In this document: positions 1 to 7,821 of the stretch, piece after piece
Numbering within the stretch: the stretch's first letter is position 1
Layout of the letters: each line of letters starts with the position of its first letter
Assembly (NCBI GenBank): GCA_964498395.1
Contig: CAZCHE010000011.1
Coordinates: forward strand, 18,787 to 82,786
DNA: 64,000 nt
DNA from: an uncultured Parapedobacter sp.
GTDB taxonomy: Bacteria; Bacteroidota; Bacteroidia; Sphingobacteriales; Sphingobacteriaceae
Reading direction: 5' to 3'
The notes under the pieces: model-generated
What the model saw: the letters and a program-made list of their open reading frames with translations, nothing else
Database searches by the model: none
Told to the model about the DNA's origin: nothing
Program-made: the position numbers and the translations under genes

Positions 1-98
1 ACTTCAAAGGCAATTACTTCAACCAGTTTGCCGATAAGGTTTTCCGGCAGTTTGATGGTTAAACTGCTCTTCGTCGGTTTTACTATTGTGCGTATCAT
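1..98 (-). CDS. Partial small ORF (N-terminus only, runs off the window edge); antitoxin-like
   Basis: ATG at 98 on the minus strand, open to the window edge. It reads MIRTIVKPTKSSLTIKLPENLIGKLVEVIAFE and resembles small antitoxin-type proteins of Bacteroidota, from memory only. Confidence 0.25.
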   Translation of the reverse strand, partial: MIRTIVKPTKSSLTIKLPENLIGKLVEVIAFE

Positions 99-180
99 GA
101 TAAAGCAAACTCACGAAAAATTACTCGTATATAAAAGCCAGAATGCCGCTCTTACATAAGCTCTCGACTAATTATTCTGA

Positions 181-1530
181 TCATACTCCGGATTCCGCTG
201 GAAGCACATGAGTTTTACGGGTACTGAGTTTACCTTTGTACTTGCGGTGGGCACTGTCTTTTAGGATCGTAGAAGCATATACCTCCATCTTTTCGTCCTT
301 TAACGCCGTTATGTCAAAGGTTATGCTTTCCAGTTTGCTATGTTCAAAGAGGCTGCTGTTTAAGTAGGGTATATGTTCAAATTTCGTTACGTATTTCGAA
401 TGTCTTTCAGTTGTAGGCTTTGCCAAAGCCGAAAAGAATAAATCGTTTAGTTCATCAAACCCATCTATAAAATCAATGTTTAGAAATCTGTAAGCCGGTA
501 AGTTATTGTTATAGGTTAACAGTTGCGATTCCAATAACTTAAGAAATAGAATACGGTTTACCCACGTAAGGCATAACTCAAGACCTACAGTAAATGATTT
601 GTTGCCATCATTCGGCACATCTCGTACACGATTTAAGTAGTCCTTATCTTCCAAGGTGAAGATGGTGTTTTCAATTAGCGAACCATAATCCCTTTCTTCG
701 GCCTTCTTTCGTTGGATTATTCGTTTGGAGCCGTCTTTGACTTCCTCAAGACCGATGATATGAAGTAGTTCGTTGTAGAACTCTTTGTTGAGTTGATTAC
801 TGTCGTTTCCGAAGCTTTTCCCCAGCAAGTGTACATCAGAGAATAGTTTGTAGATATTCACCAGCTCACGCTCTTTGATATCCGAAACATTTTTGCCACG
901 GAAATCTACGTATACAAACGGAAGTTTTTCTTTTATTGATTCGATATAAGTTGAAGCAATTTCCCGGTAAAAAAGTTCATTCTTTGAAGTGTCTTTCAAG
1001 CCATCGCGAAACCGCTCATATTCTTTCACCAAGGATTTATTCTTGTAGAAAAGTTCATAAAAATCTTCTCCCTTGAAAAAAAACCACTCCATCCCATTGG
1101 TAATGATGAGGTGCTTGATATTATTGTTTTTTAGGTCAATACGTTCGCGAAGATAATACAAAAGCAATTCCTGTAGAGCCTTTTTATTCAAGTTAGTTGT
1201 GATCGGAAATTCCGCCCTATTGCTAGGGCGCTTTGCTTCAATGATCACTCCTACATTGGTGGTAACGTCTTTGCCGAGGTAGATGGCTAGGTCTATACGT
1301 TCTTTGGTGTTGATCTCATGTTTACTGTAAAATGTATCTTCGAGTAACCGCTTAATTGGCGACTTAAGATGCTCTTCACTTTCGTTTTTTTTGTCGATAA
1401 TTTTGATAGTGGCAATGCAACTTTCAAGTTTGTTAATAAAGTCGTCGATATCCTTGCGTAGCGGCTTAAACTTTTTGTATGCTGGGTTTATGGCCTTGCG
1501 TAGGTCTATTTGGTTTATGGGTTTAGACAT
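181..1530 (-). CDS. Type IIG/IIL-like restriction-modification enzyme, N-terminal nuclease plus helical linker only (probably truncated)
   Basis: PD-(D/E)xK-like signature (DLAIY...VIIEAKRP). IPYLNSSLFE matches the (I/V)PY(F/L)NGGLFE linker motif of MmeI/Eco57I-type enzymes. The ORF stops where the methyltransferase domain should begin, and no methylase motifs follow in any frame of 1-180. Confidence 0.5.
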   Translation of the reverse strand: MSKPINQIDLRKAINPAYKKFKPLRKDIDDFINKLESCIATIKIIDKKNESEEHLKSPIKRLLEDTFYSKHEINTKERIDLAIYLGKDVTTNVGVIIEAKRPSNRAEFPITTNLNKKALQELLLYYLRERIDLKNNNIKHLIITNGMEWFFFKGEDFYELFYKNKSLVKEYERFRDGLKDTSKNELFYREIASTYIESIKEKLPFVYVDFRGKNVSDIKERELVNIYKLFSDVHLLGKSFGNDSNQLNKEFYNELLHIIGLEEVKDGSKRIIQRKKAEERDYGSLIENTIFTLEDKDYLNRVRDVPNDGNKSFTVGLELCLTWVNRILFLKLLESQLLTYNNNLPAYRFLNIDFIDGFDELNDLFFSALAKPTTERHSKYVTKFEHIPYLNSSLFEHSKLESITFDITALKDEKMEVYASTILKDSAHRKYKGKLSTRKTHVLPAESGV

Positions 1531-1733
1531 TACCTAAATTTTAATGCTGCTTTTAGTAACTAAAGTTGTTCCATATTTTTCTCCGAAAAAGGAGCGTTGC
1601 TAATCAAAAGTGATGCTATGACAACGAAAGCGAATTGAATTCCTCAACTCATTTCAAAAAGCCCAAGATACTACAATTGTATTAAATTAGCTAAATGGAG
1701 TTTAGCCACTAATCTAGCATTAAGGTCACTGAT

Positions 1734-2639
1734 TTGGTTGTGCTGACCATTCATTTTTTGCTCCTTCAGGCTGAAATCCATATATTTACTGCCACTAACT
1801 GCTTTTGCCTTTTGCTGCCGCCAAGAGTATCCATATCATCCATAAGCCGTGCCATAGATACAGGTGGGAGTAGACCTGTGGTCGTCATGGCAGACGATTT
1901 CGAAGAGTACCTTTGTAAATACGATTCCAGTAGCAAGCTGATCAATGAGTACTGCGCACTTTGTTTTCTTGATGCTTGGGAGATTCGTCATTTGCCGGGC
2001 GCTTTCGTGAAAATACAGGCAGATCATATCAATCCTGAGGTTATCTCAAGCCGGACACAACCGCACCATTTCGGTAAACCTACTTTCGGACTGCGTTATC
2101 ACAATGATGTGATGGACGTGTCGAACTTGCTAGTAGGTCTCAAATCGGACTATCATGAGCTCAATAAATACAGAAGCAGAAGCACGTTGTTGAAAATCGC
2201 ATTGTTTGACCTCTGGCTCGCCAACACCGATAGGAGTGTTAATAATTATAATCTCTTGCTGCAACCCGAGGGCGATGGTTTTCAAATCATTCCCATAGAC
2301 CACAGCGAAATTTTTGATGGCTGTCGATTAGGACAGCAGCTTGCACAACTAACGCCCGAGGATAGTATCTTATACGCTGATTTGGCGCACGTTTTGTTGT
2401 ACAACCCCAAGAAAATAGCCGAGGAAGCCAATAGGATATTGGATAACTTTCCTACCTTTGTATCAAATTGCGGTAATGTGTTGTCTAATATCATTGCCGG
2501 AGTGCCAGATGAATGGTGCGCCAATAAACAGCGATTAGAGCAGCAAATCCGAGAAGCGGTAATCGAAGACCAGGGTTGGTTGGCTGATACCGCGACCAAT
2601 TTTAAAGAGTTGGTTGCAACACTGACAAGAGGAGCATGA
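1734..2639 (+). CDS. HipA-like serine/threonine kinase family protein (start uncertain, possibly TTG at 1812)
   Basis: GGSRPVVV...EYLCKY N-terminal pattern and the LWLANTDRSVNNYNLL...IPIDHSEIF catalytic-loop pattern are typical of the HipA C-terminal kinase fold. There is no in-frame ATG upstream of the conserved region. Confidence 0.55.
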   Translation: MVVLTIHFLLLQAEIHIFTATNCFCLLLPPRVSISSISRAIDTGGSRPVVVMADDFEEYLCKYDSSSKLINEYCALCFLDAWEIRHLPGAFVKIQADHINPEVISSRTQPHHFGKPTFGLRYHNDVMDVSNLLVGLKSDYHELNKYRSRSTLLKIALFDLWLANTDRSVNNYNLLLQPEGDGFQIIPIDHSEIFDGCRLGQQLAQLTPEDSILYADLAHVLLYNPKKIAEEANRILDNFPTFVSNCGNVLSNIIAGVPDEWCANKQRLEQQIREAVIEDQGWLADTATNFKELVATLTRGA

Positions 2640-3463
2640 TGAAGACATTTTATTCCATCCTGTATTGCAGTATTCGTCCTAATCAGGACGAACGCATTAC
2701 CATTGGCCTGTTCATGGCCGATGGTGTCAAGTGTTATTTTGCCTATACAGCAGATAAGTTGAATGCCATCAAAGACCTATTGCCCGAAGGGGCGTACCAG
2801 CTAGTTAAGTCAAATTTGCGTTCTATTGAACAACTCGCGGCTTCTTGCCAGTCTGATATACTCAAAGCACATTCAGGGCAACGCTTTTTAAGCGAAAGTT
2901 ATTTGGACTACCTGTCGGTATACGCAAACAATTTGCTTACGTTTTCCAAACCCGTGTCGCTAGATGTGCCGCTAGATGAAGCCACGTTCAATAAGCTGTT
3001 TGAAAAGTTTGTTTTTGCCCTGCCGAGGCGGCAACCGAAGGAACACGATTACATTATTCAAGCAAGACGGCGTTTGGTCAAATCAATCGGCGAACATGTT
3101 AATTTTGATGTCGAGCTGACGGAAAAAGACGTAGCAGGACTGATTGTTCCTTCGAAGGTGGCGTTTATCGGCAAGAATGATGTGAAAGTGGTAGGGGAAC
3201 TAAGCGATTTCAGCAAGGCCCTCCATGTGCTAAAACCCCAGATTGGCGCACATTTGTTTTTGGTAGATACCATTAGGCAGCAAGAAAAGGGTGCTAAATT
3301 TTTCTTCATAGGCGATGAACCTTCCAAGAAATTAAAGGACCACCACGATATATGGAAAAACCTGAAAGCCTACAAGCCTATCCAACTGGTACCCACGGAT
3401 GAGGTGCAACAGATCGAGGAATATGTAGCTCTTCATGGAGTAGAGCCGTATATGGCTGTTTAA
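2636..3463 (+). CDS. DUF3037-like protein
   Basis: The N-terminus FYSILYCSIRPNQDERITIGLFMADG fits the DUF3037 pattern (Y..RY.P....EF.NVG). It overlaps the kinase stop by ATGA, suggesting translational coupling. From memory, DUF3037 usually sits next to HipA-like kinases. Confidence 0.5.
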   Translation: MMKTFYSILYCSIRPNQDERITIGLFMADGVKCYFAYTADKLNAIKDLLPEGAYQLVKSNLRSIEQLAASCQSDILKAHSGQRFLSESYLDYLSVYANNLLTFSKPVSLDVPLDEATFNKLFEKFVFALPRRQPKEHDYIIQARRRLVKSIGEHVNFDVELTEKDVAGLIVPSKVAFIGKNDVKVVGELSDFSKALHVLKPQIGAHLFLVDTIRQQEKGAKFFFIGDEPSKKLKDHHDIWKNLKAYKPIQLVPTDEVQQIEEYVALHGVEPYMAV

Positions 3464-3501
3464 TGGCTGTAAAAAAAGCGATGTCCGAATTCTTGGGGGC
3501 G

Positions 3502-3690
3502 TTACAATGCCAAGTATTTTCGTCTTAATTCTCTTGCAAGGCCCTCAAGATCTGGAAAGATAGATGATTCGCTAAACCCTGCCTTTTCAAGTTCCATTGA
3601 AATTTTGGAGCGGTATTTTCTATCTATTATTATTTGAACAATATTGTTATTCCTATGTCGCCGATACACGGAATCTATAGCCAGTTTTTA
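3502..3690 (-). pseudogene. C-terminal remnant of an FRG-domain protein
   Basis: The minus-strand frame has no usable start and reads KLAIDSVYRRHRNNNIVQIIIDRKYRSKISMELEKAGFSESSIFPDLEGLARELRRKYLAL*. The ending (I)FPDLEGLA..L is the characteristic C-terminus of FRG-domain proteins. Confidence 0.45.
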
Positions 3691-3907
3691 AAATAGTTGC
3701 TTAGGAGAAAAAGCGATAAAAATACATGCTTACTTCAGGCCTAGGTCGCATTGATTAGGTTAAAGGTATGAACTAATCCGTTGAAATCCAAAAGCGATGA
3801 TATCAATTATGCGTGACAGAATTCCTTAAGGGTTACGCTTGTTTTGAATAGACTGAACAGCTCCATCATTTGGCCGTAACTTTTTTTATCCGTATATTCG
3901 GACTAGG

Positions 3908-4150
3908 TTTAGGTAAAAAGCCCCCAATCCCCAAGTGGGCGACATTGTTTTCATCAACATGATTATTAATTTCTTGTCTGCTTTCATCGGCATTAATGAA
4001 TGCTTCGCAGTTTGTTCTTTAACGGCGACGAAGCTTGCCTGCCTACCGCAGGCAGGCATGAGCAGTTTACAGCAGTAGCTCATGCAGGTTCATAGGAGAC
4101 GTATAAAATACCCTAGTCTGTTTTTCATAAACGGGGGCGGTTATTTTTAT
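3908..4150 (+). repeat. Two-hairpin intergenic repeat, copy 1 (interrupted by an insertion at 3955-4093)
   Basis: 3908-3954 plus 4094-4150 align at about 80 percent identity to 5828-5935 (aggtaRaaagcccccWatccc...ggggcgacat..ttttcat|aggagaYg...ccYag..tgtttttcat...ggttatttt). Confidence 0.7.
3955..4093 (+). mobile_element. MITE-like ~135-bp insertion flanked by a TTCAT duplication
   Basis: This segment is absent from the uninterrupted repeat copy at 5828-5935. TTCAT occurs at 3950-3954 and 4089-4093. The right 60 bp (4030-4089) is a GC-rich palindromic element that recurs in inverted orientation at about 26586-26686. Confidence 0.55.
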
Positions 4151-4191
4151 GCTATTCTTGTAATCTTTCTGGTAAATTAGGTTCAGTGAAC

Positions 4192-4632
4192 TCATGCCAC
4201 CTCAATCTCCGGGTTTAATTTTATCAGCTCCGCAATAAAGCTTAACTTATCTTTCGGCGATATGACAACGCTGTCAAATCTGTTGTAAAAGATTTCGAGC
4301 CGATCCAGCGAAGGGGCAGGAGCGCTAATCGGGTTTTTGGTTTCCTTGATTTTCTTAATGGAGGCGATAGCTATTTTCTTCTTGTATAAAACGCCTGAGT
4401 GAACGACCAGTTCATCGCCATCAATGGCATAATAGGTAGCTAAGAATAAGTGAATGCAAAATGCCGTTACCATAAGCATGAATAAGGTGGCGCCCCATCC
4501 AGTAGCCACCGCTGCGGTATCCGTTTCCGTGATGGCCATATAGATCAGCGGCAGCGTGCTGCCCAACATGATTGCCACAACCGGAATGAGGAGTACCAGG
4601 TCTATTTTCGCTTTATATTTTTGCATGCGCAA
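4192..4632 (-). CDS. Membrane protein with bacterial PH (bPH/YdbS-like) domain
   Basis: Two N-terminal TM helices are followed by YYAIDGDELVVHSGVLYKKKIAIASIKKI...LDRLEIFY, which is typical of bPH-domain proteins. Confidence 0.55.
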   Translation of the reverse strand: MRMQKYKAKIDLVLLIPVVAIMLGSTLPLIYMAITETDTAAVATGWGATLFMLMVTAFCIHLFLATYYAIDGDELVVHSGVLYKKKIAIASIKKIKETKNPISAPAPSLDRLEIFYNRFDSVVISPKDKLSFIAELIKLNPEIEVA

Positions 4633-4846
4633 CTAAGATACAAAATAATTGACAGGAGGCTATTACTCACCACTTCATATTGGACGTCAAATTTTGAATA
4701 TTATTTCGGGAAACCCACTCAGAGCCGATTATAAGCGGATATAAACGTTTAAAAACGGCTACGATTTGCTAATAAAAATAGTTTTAATCATGTTTGCCCT
4801 GTTGATTGATACTAAAATAAATCACTGTGAAAAAAAGCGATTGATT

Positions 4847-5773
4847 ATGGCAAAAAAATACGACTATTTGTGGAAAGGTATCGTGGAAGACCTCTTTGAA
4901 TACCTGTTGCGCTTCCTGTACCCCACTGCCGATAAGGTCTTCGACCTAGCTAAAGGTGCAACTTTTTTGGATGCCGAGCTGGAACAGTTATTCCCTCCGG
5001 AAGGTGACGAATACACCCCAAAGGTAGTGGACAAACTGGTGAAGCTGTACAGGCGTGATGGCAGGGAAGAATGGGTGCTATTGCATATAGAGGTGCAGGG
5101 TCAATACAGGCAGGATTTTGCCAGACGGATGCTTACCTACTATACACGGATATTGGATAAGTATGACCGTCCCATCACGGCATATGCAATCCTCACGGAA
5201 GGAAGCAAGAAACCCCGGCCAAGCAGTTACGAGCGGTCGTTCCTTGGCACGAGATTGCTATACGAGTACAATATATTCAAGATTGCCGAGCAGGATGACG
5301 AACAGCTGTATGCTGACGGGAATCCGTTTGCTTTGGCGGTACTGGTTGCTAAGACCGCATTTATCGGGAAGCATATCGAAAACCGGCACGATCGCGACCT
5401 CGCGCTGCTGGAAACCAAAAGACGGCTGATGCAAGCCATGCTTGGTAGGGACATCCCAAAAGACAAAATCAGGTCATTGATTATCTTTCTGACCTACTAC
5501 GTGAATTTTGAATTCAAGGAAACAAACAGTATATTTGAAATGGAAAAACAACAACTGACAGGAGGCAGTGATACCATGGGTATTGAGCAATTATTAATTG
5601 AGACGGAAAAAAAGCGCAGCGAGCAAAGGGGCATAGAAAAAGGAAAAGCCGATGTGGTCGAAAATCTATTAATGAAGCTAGGCTTGTCCGATGAGCAAGC
5701 TGCCGATGTAGCCGAAGTATCCATCGATTTCGTCCGCAAGATTCGTGCGGATTTGGCGAAGAAAAAGAAATAA
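4847..5773 (+). CDS. Rpn-family recombination-promoting nuclease / putative transposase (PD-(D/E)xK, YhgA-like)
   Basis: YDYLWKGIVEDLFEYLLRF...VDKLVKLYRRDGREEWVLLHIEVQGQ...YYTRILDKYDRPITAYAILT matches the Rpn/PDDEXK-transposase-like pattern. ATG at 4847 is preferred over the longer ORF start at 4766. Confidence 0.65.
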   Translation: MAKKYDYLWKGIVEDLFEYLLRFLYPTADKVFDLAKGATFLDAELEQLFPPEGDEYTPKVVDKLVKLYRRDGREEWVLLHIEVQGQYRQDFARRMLTYYTRILDKYDRPITAYAILTEGSKKPRPSSYERSFLGTRLLYEYNIFKIAEQDDEQLYADGNPFALAVLVAKTAFIGKHIENRHDRDLALLETKRRLMQAMLGRDIPKDKIRSLIIFLTYYVNFEFKETNSIFEMEKQQLTGGSDTMGIEQLLIETEKKRSEQRGIEKGKADVVENLLMKLGLSDEQAADVAEVSIDFVRKIRADLAKKKK

Positions 5774-5800
5774 CCTCATAGAGTATATTAAGATAACGAA

Positions 5801-5827
5801 GTCACCGCATGGTGGCTTTTTTTATTT
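5801..5827 (+). terminator. Intrinsic terminator after the Rpn-like gene
   Basis: gtcacc-gcat-ggtggc stem followed by a T-run (ttttttta), 28 nt after the stop codon. Confidence 0.55.
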
Positions 5828-5935
5828 TCCTAATTAGGTAGAAAGCCCCCTATCCCAAAAAGGGGCGACATCTTTTCATAGGAGATGAATACCCCAGCTT
5901 GTTTTTCATGGCGAGCTGGGGTTATTTTTTGATTT
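5828..5935 (+). repeat. Two-hairpin intergenic repeat, copy 2 (intact)
   Basis: Homologous to 3908-3954 plus 4094-4150. It contains hairpins gcccc/ggggc and ccccagct/agctgggg (5892-5921), the latter followed by ttattttttg. Confidence 0.7.
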
Positions 5936-6071
5936 GTTTTAGCGAATGTAGGTTAATAGAAAAACAAACCCCGCGTAAGCGGGGATGTTTGAGACTTTTG
6001 AAATCCCAGACTTTAAGTCTGTTGTGTAGTGGTGCAAAGATATGTGTAGAGTCTTTACATTAAAAATCAAT

Positions 6072-6105
6072 ATAAAAAAATAACCCCGGTGTTGCAGTAC
6101 CGGGG
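6072..6105 (-). terminator. Intrinsic terminator downstream of the 471-aa gene
   Basis: On the minus strand a ccccggt/accgggg stem is followed by ttattttttta. A second minus-strand hairpin plus T-run lies at about 5965-5992. Confidence 0.5.
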
Positions 6106-6237
6106 TGCCCATTTCGCGGACTGGGCGATTTATAATTAAGTGCGAACCGTTATGCTGTAACGCTTATTGTTGTGTACGGATATAAGTGAAGGACTACATA
6201 ACGGTGTGTTTTTACACAATATCTATATCAATCACAA

Positions 6238-7653
6238 TTAAAATTTGACTAAACCTAACTCTTCCAATCGTATCGCCATAGCGCCTGGCGACACATTAAA
6301 AACTTCAGACAGGGAGTTGAAGTTAGCCCTAGCATAAGATTTTGTGGTAGCAATCTTTTTTGCGAATTCATAAATATTTCTACATTCCTTCCGCAAGTGA
6401 CTTGCAGAACGTTGGATTAGATTGAAGGCGGTCTCCTCATTTATGGTTAGTTCATTTGTTAGGAAAAGTTCATTAAAAACTCTGGTAACCTGCTTTCGTG
6501 GCATTAGAAAGTAGCTCGCGAATTTATCAGCTTGGCGCTCTATCGGTGCTCTGGGCATTTTCGGACTGCTACCGTCAATTGGTTTGTCCCGATGAATCAC
6601 AAGATCTTTGTGGAGGATGGCATGGCCTAATTCATGTGCAGCCGTGAAATTCCGTACAGATTGTGATTGACTCCCAGATATTAGTACAAGATGAGTGTCT
6701 TGATCAATGTAACCTGCTACCTCGGACATAACTCCATCCACTTCACTTATTCCTATTTCTTCAATGGTTAGAAAATCGTAGGATAATATTTCCTGGAAGA
6801 TTTTTTCGGGGTTTAGGATTGACAAGGCATCTTTAGCATCGAAATTTTTGCCCCATATTCTCTCGCTGTAATTCCATACTAACCGCTGAAATTGGGTGGC
6901 TATATCTTCTATCTCACTGTCTGATATGACTTCTTTTGATTTAGCGAGGCTAGTAAGAGCATGGATTTCCTGATATATATCTGCATTTTTATTGCTTTCA
7001 TTTTTTAATGATAATAAGTTATCATCTGATTTGCTATAGTATGGCTGCAATCGCTGGCTGAGGTTTGAAAGTTGGTTTTTTATCGTGATCGTCCAATCGT
7101 AGTCAGGCGCGCCAAATTGCTTTAGATTTAGATATATTATGGCAATGCAACTTTTCGTCGCGGAAATTACTCCATCGAAAGCGACAAAAGAATCACCTCT
7201 AACGGCACGATAGCCTTTGTCAAAGACCACCTCGCCAATTTCAATTAGCCTTAAGCATAATAGCGCGATTTTTAATGGGATTTCAGTTGAGAGTTTCGTT
7301 AGTTCCTGAGCATGTCTCTTAAGTTCATTTTTGAGAACGGGATCCTTCTCGATATCTCTTTCTTTCTTAATTGCAATGTTTTTATCGAAAACATCAGAAT
7401 CCTCTTCAAATAGGTCTTGGAGCTGAGGTAAGATTCTTAACACAATTTCTTCTTCAAACGCAAGAAACCGTTGTCGAACACCTTCGTAACCCTTTCTGCC
7501 TTTTTTCGTTGTCAACTTGATTACAGTAATAAGCAGATTTGCGGATAACATACCTTGTAAGGCAGCCGCACTTCCTGATCCTGGCGTAGGATTTCCAGCT
7601 CCAAATTCTTTTAAAAGTTCAGCTACTGAATATTCTAGTAATTTTTTTGCCAT
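6238..7653 (-). CDS. Fusion protein: N-terminal cyclodeaminase-like (FTCD_C-type) helical domain plus C-terminal ImmA/IrrE (M78, DUF955) zinc metallopeptidase
   Basis: The N-terminus ELLKEFGAGNPTPGSGSAAALQGMLSANLLITVIKLT matches the FTCD C-terminal cyclodeaminase signature (S..P.PGGGSAAAL.GAL). The C-terminus FTAAHELGHAILH...ERQADKFASYFLMP is the ImmA/IrrE HEXXH plus downstream acidic-motif pattern. Confidence 0.6.
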   Translation of the reverse strand: MAKKLLEYSVAELLKEFGAGNPTPGSGSAAALQGMLSANLLITVIKLTTKKGRKGYEGVRQRFLAFEEEIVLRILPQLQDLFEEDSDVFDKNIAIKKERDIEKDPVLKNELKRHAQELTKLSTEIPLKIALLCLRLIEIGEVVFDKGYRAVRGDSFVAFDGVISATKSCIAIIYLNLKQFGAPDYDWTITIKNQLSNLSQRLQPYYSKSDDNLLSLKNESNKNADIYQEIHALTSLAKSKEVISDSEIEDIATQFQRLVWNYSERIWGKNFDAKDALSILNPEKIFQEILSYDFLTIEEIGISEVDGVMSEVAGYIDQDTHLVLISGSQSQSVRNFTAAHELGHAILHKDLVIHRDKPIDGSSPKMPRAPIERQADKFASYFLMPRKQVTRVFNELFLTNELTINEETAFNLIQRSASHLRKECRNIYEFAKKIATTKSYARANFNSLSEVFNVSPGAMAIRLEELGLVKF

Positions 7654-7735
7654 ATTCGATTTGTATTATATCATCTAATTTACAGATGGTTATAAGACAA
7701 ATGTGCATTTTTTAAGTTGGGGATACTACTATTTG

Positions 7736-7762
7736 TTATCCACATGACGTTAATTATCCACA
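7736..7762. promoter_or_regulatory. Two perfect TTATCCACA 9-mers (DnaA-box consensus) in direct orientation
   Basis: TTATCCACA at 7736-7744 and 7754-7762, 18 bp start to start. They lie in the 168-bp spacer between the HNH gene end and the start of the cyclodeaminase-ImmA gene. Confidence 0.5.
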
Positions 7763-7821
7763 AAGATTTTTTAGGGTAACCTTTTGCGCATTTAGTCCGG
7801 CTAAACCTTAAAAAGAGATTG

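Noticed and set aside
3886-4083. 65-aa minus-strand ORF
   Set aside because: It lies entirely within the MITE-like insertion and repeat sequence, so it is an artefact of the repeat.
5118-5739. Alternative-frame and antisense ORFs within the Rpn-like gene
   Set aside because: They are embedded in a gene with clear family resemblance and have no independent support.
5940-6237. Hairpin-rich spacer considered as a tRNA or sRNA locus
   Set aside because: No cloverleaf can be drawn. The two strongest hairpins are followed by T-runs on the minus strand and are better explained as tandem terminators of the 471-aa gene.
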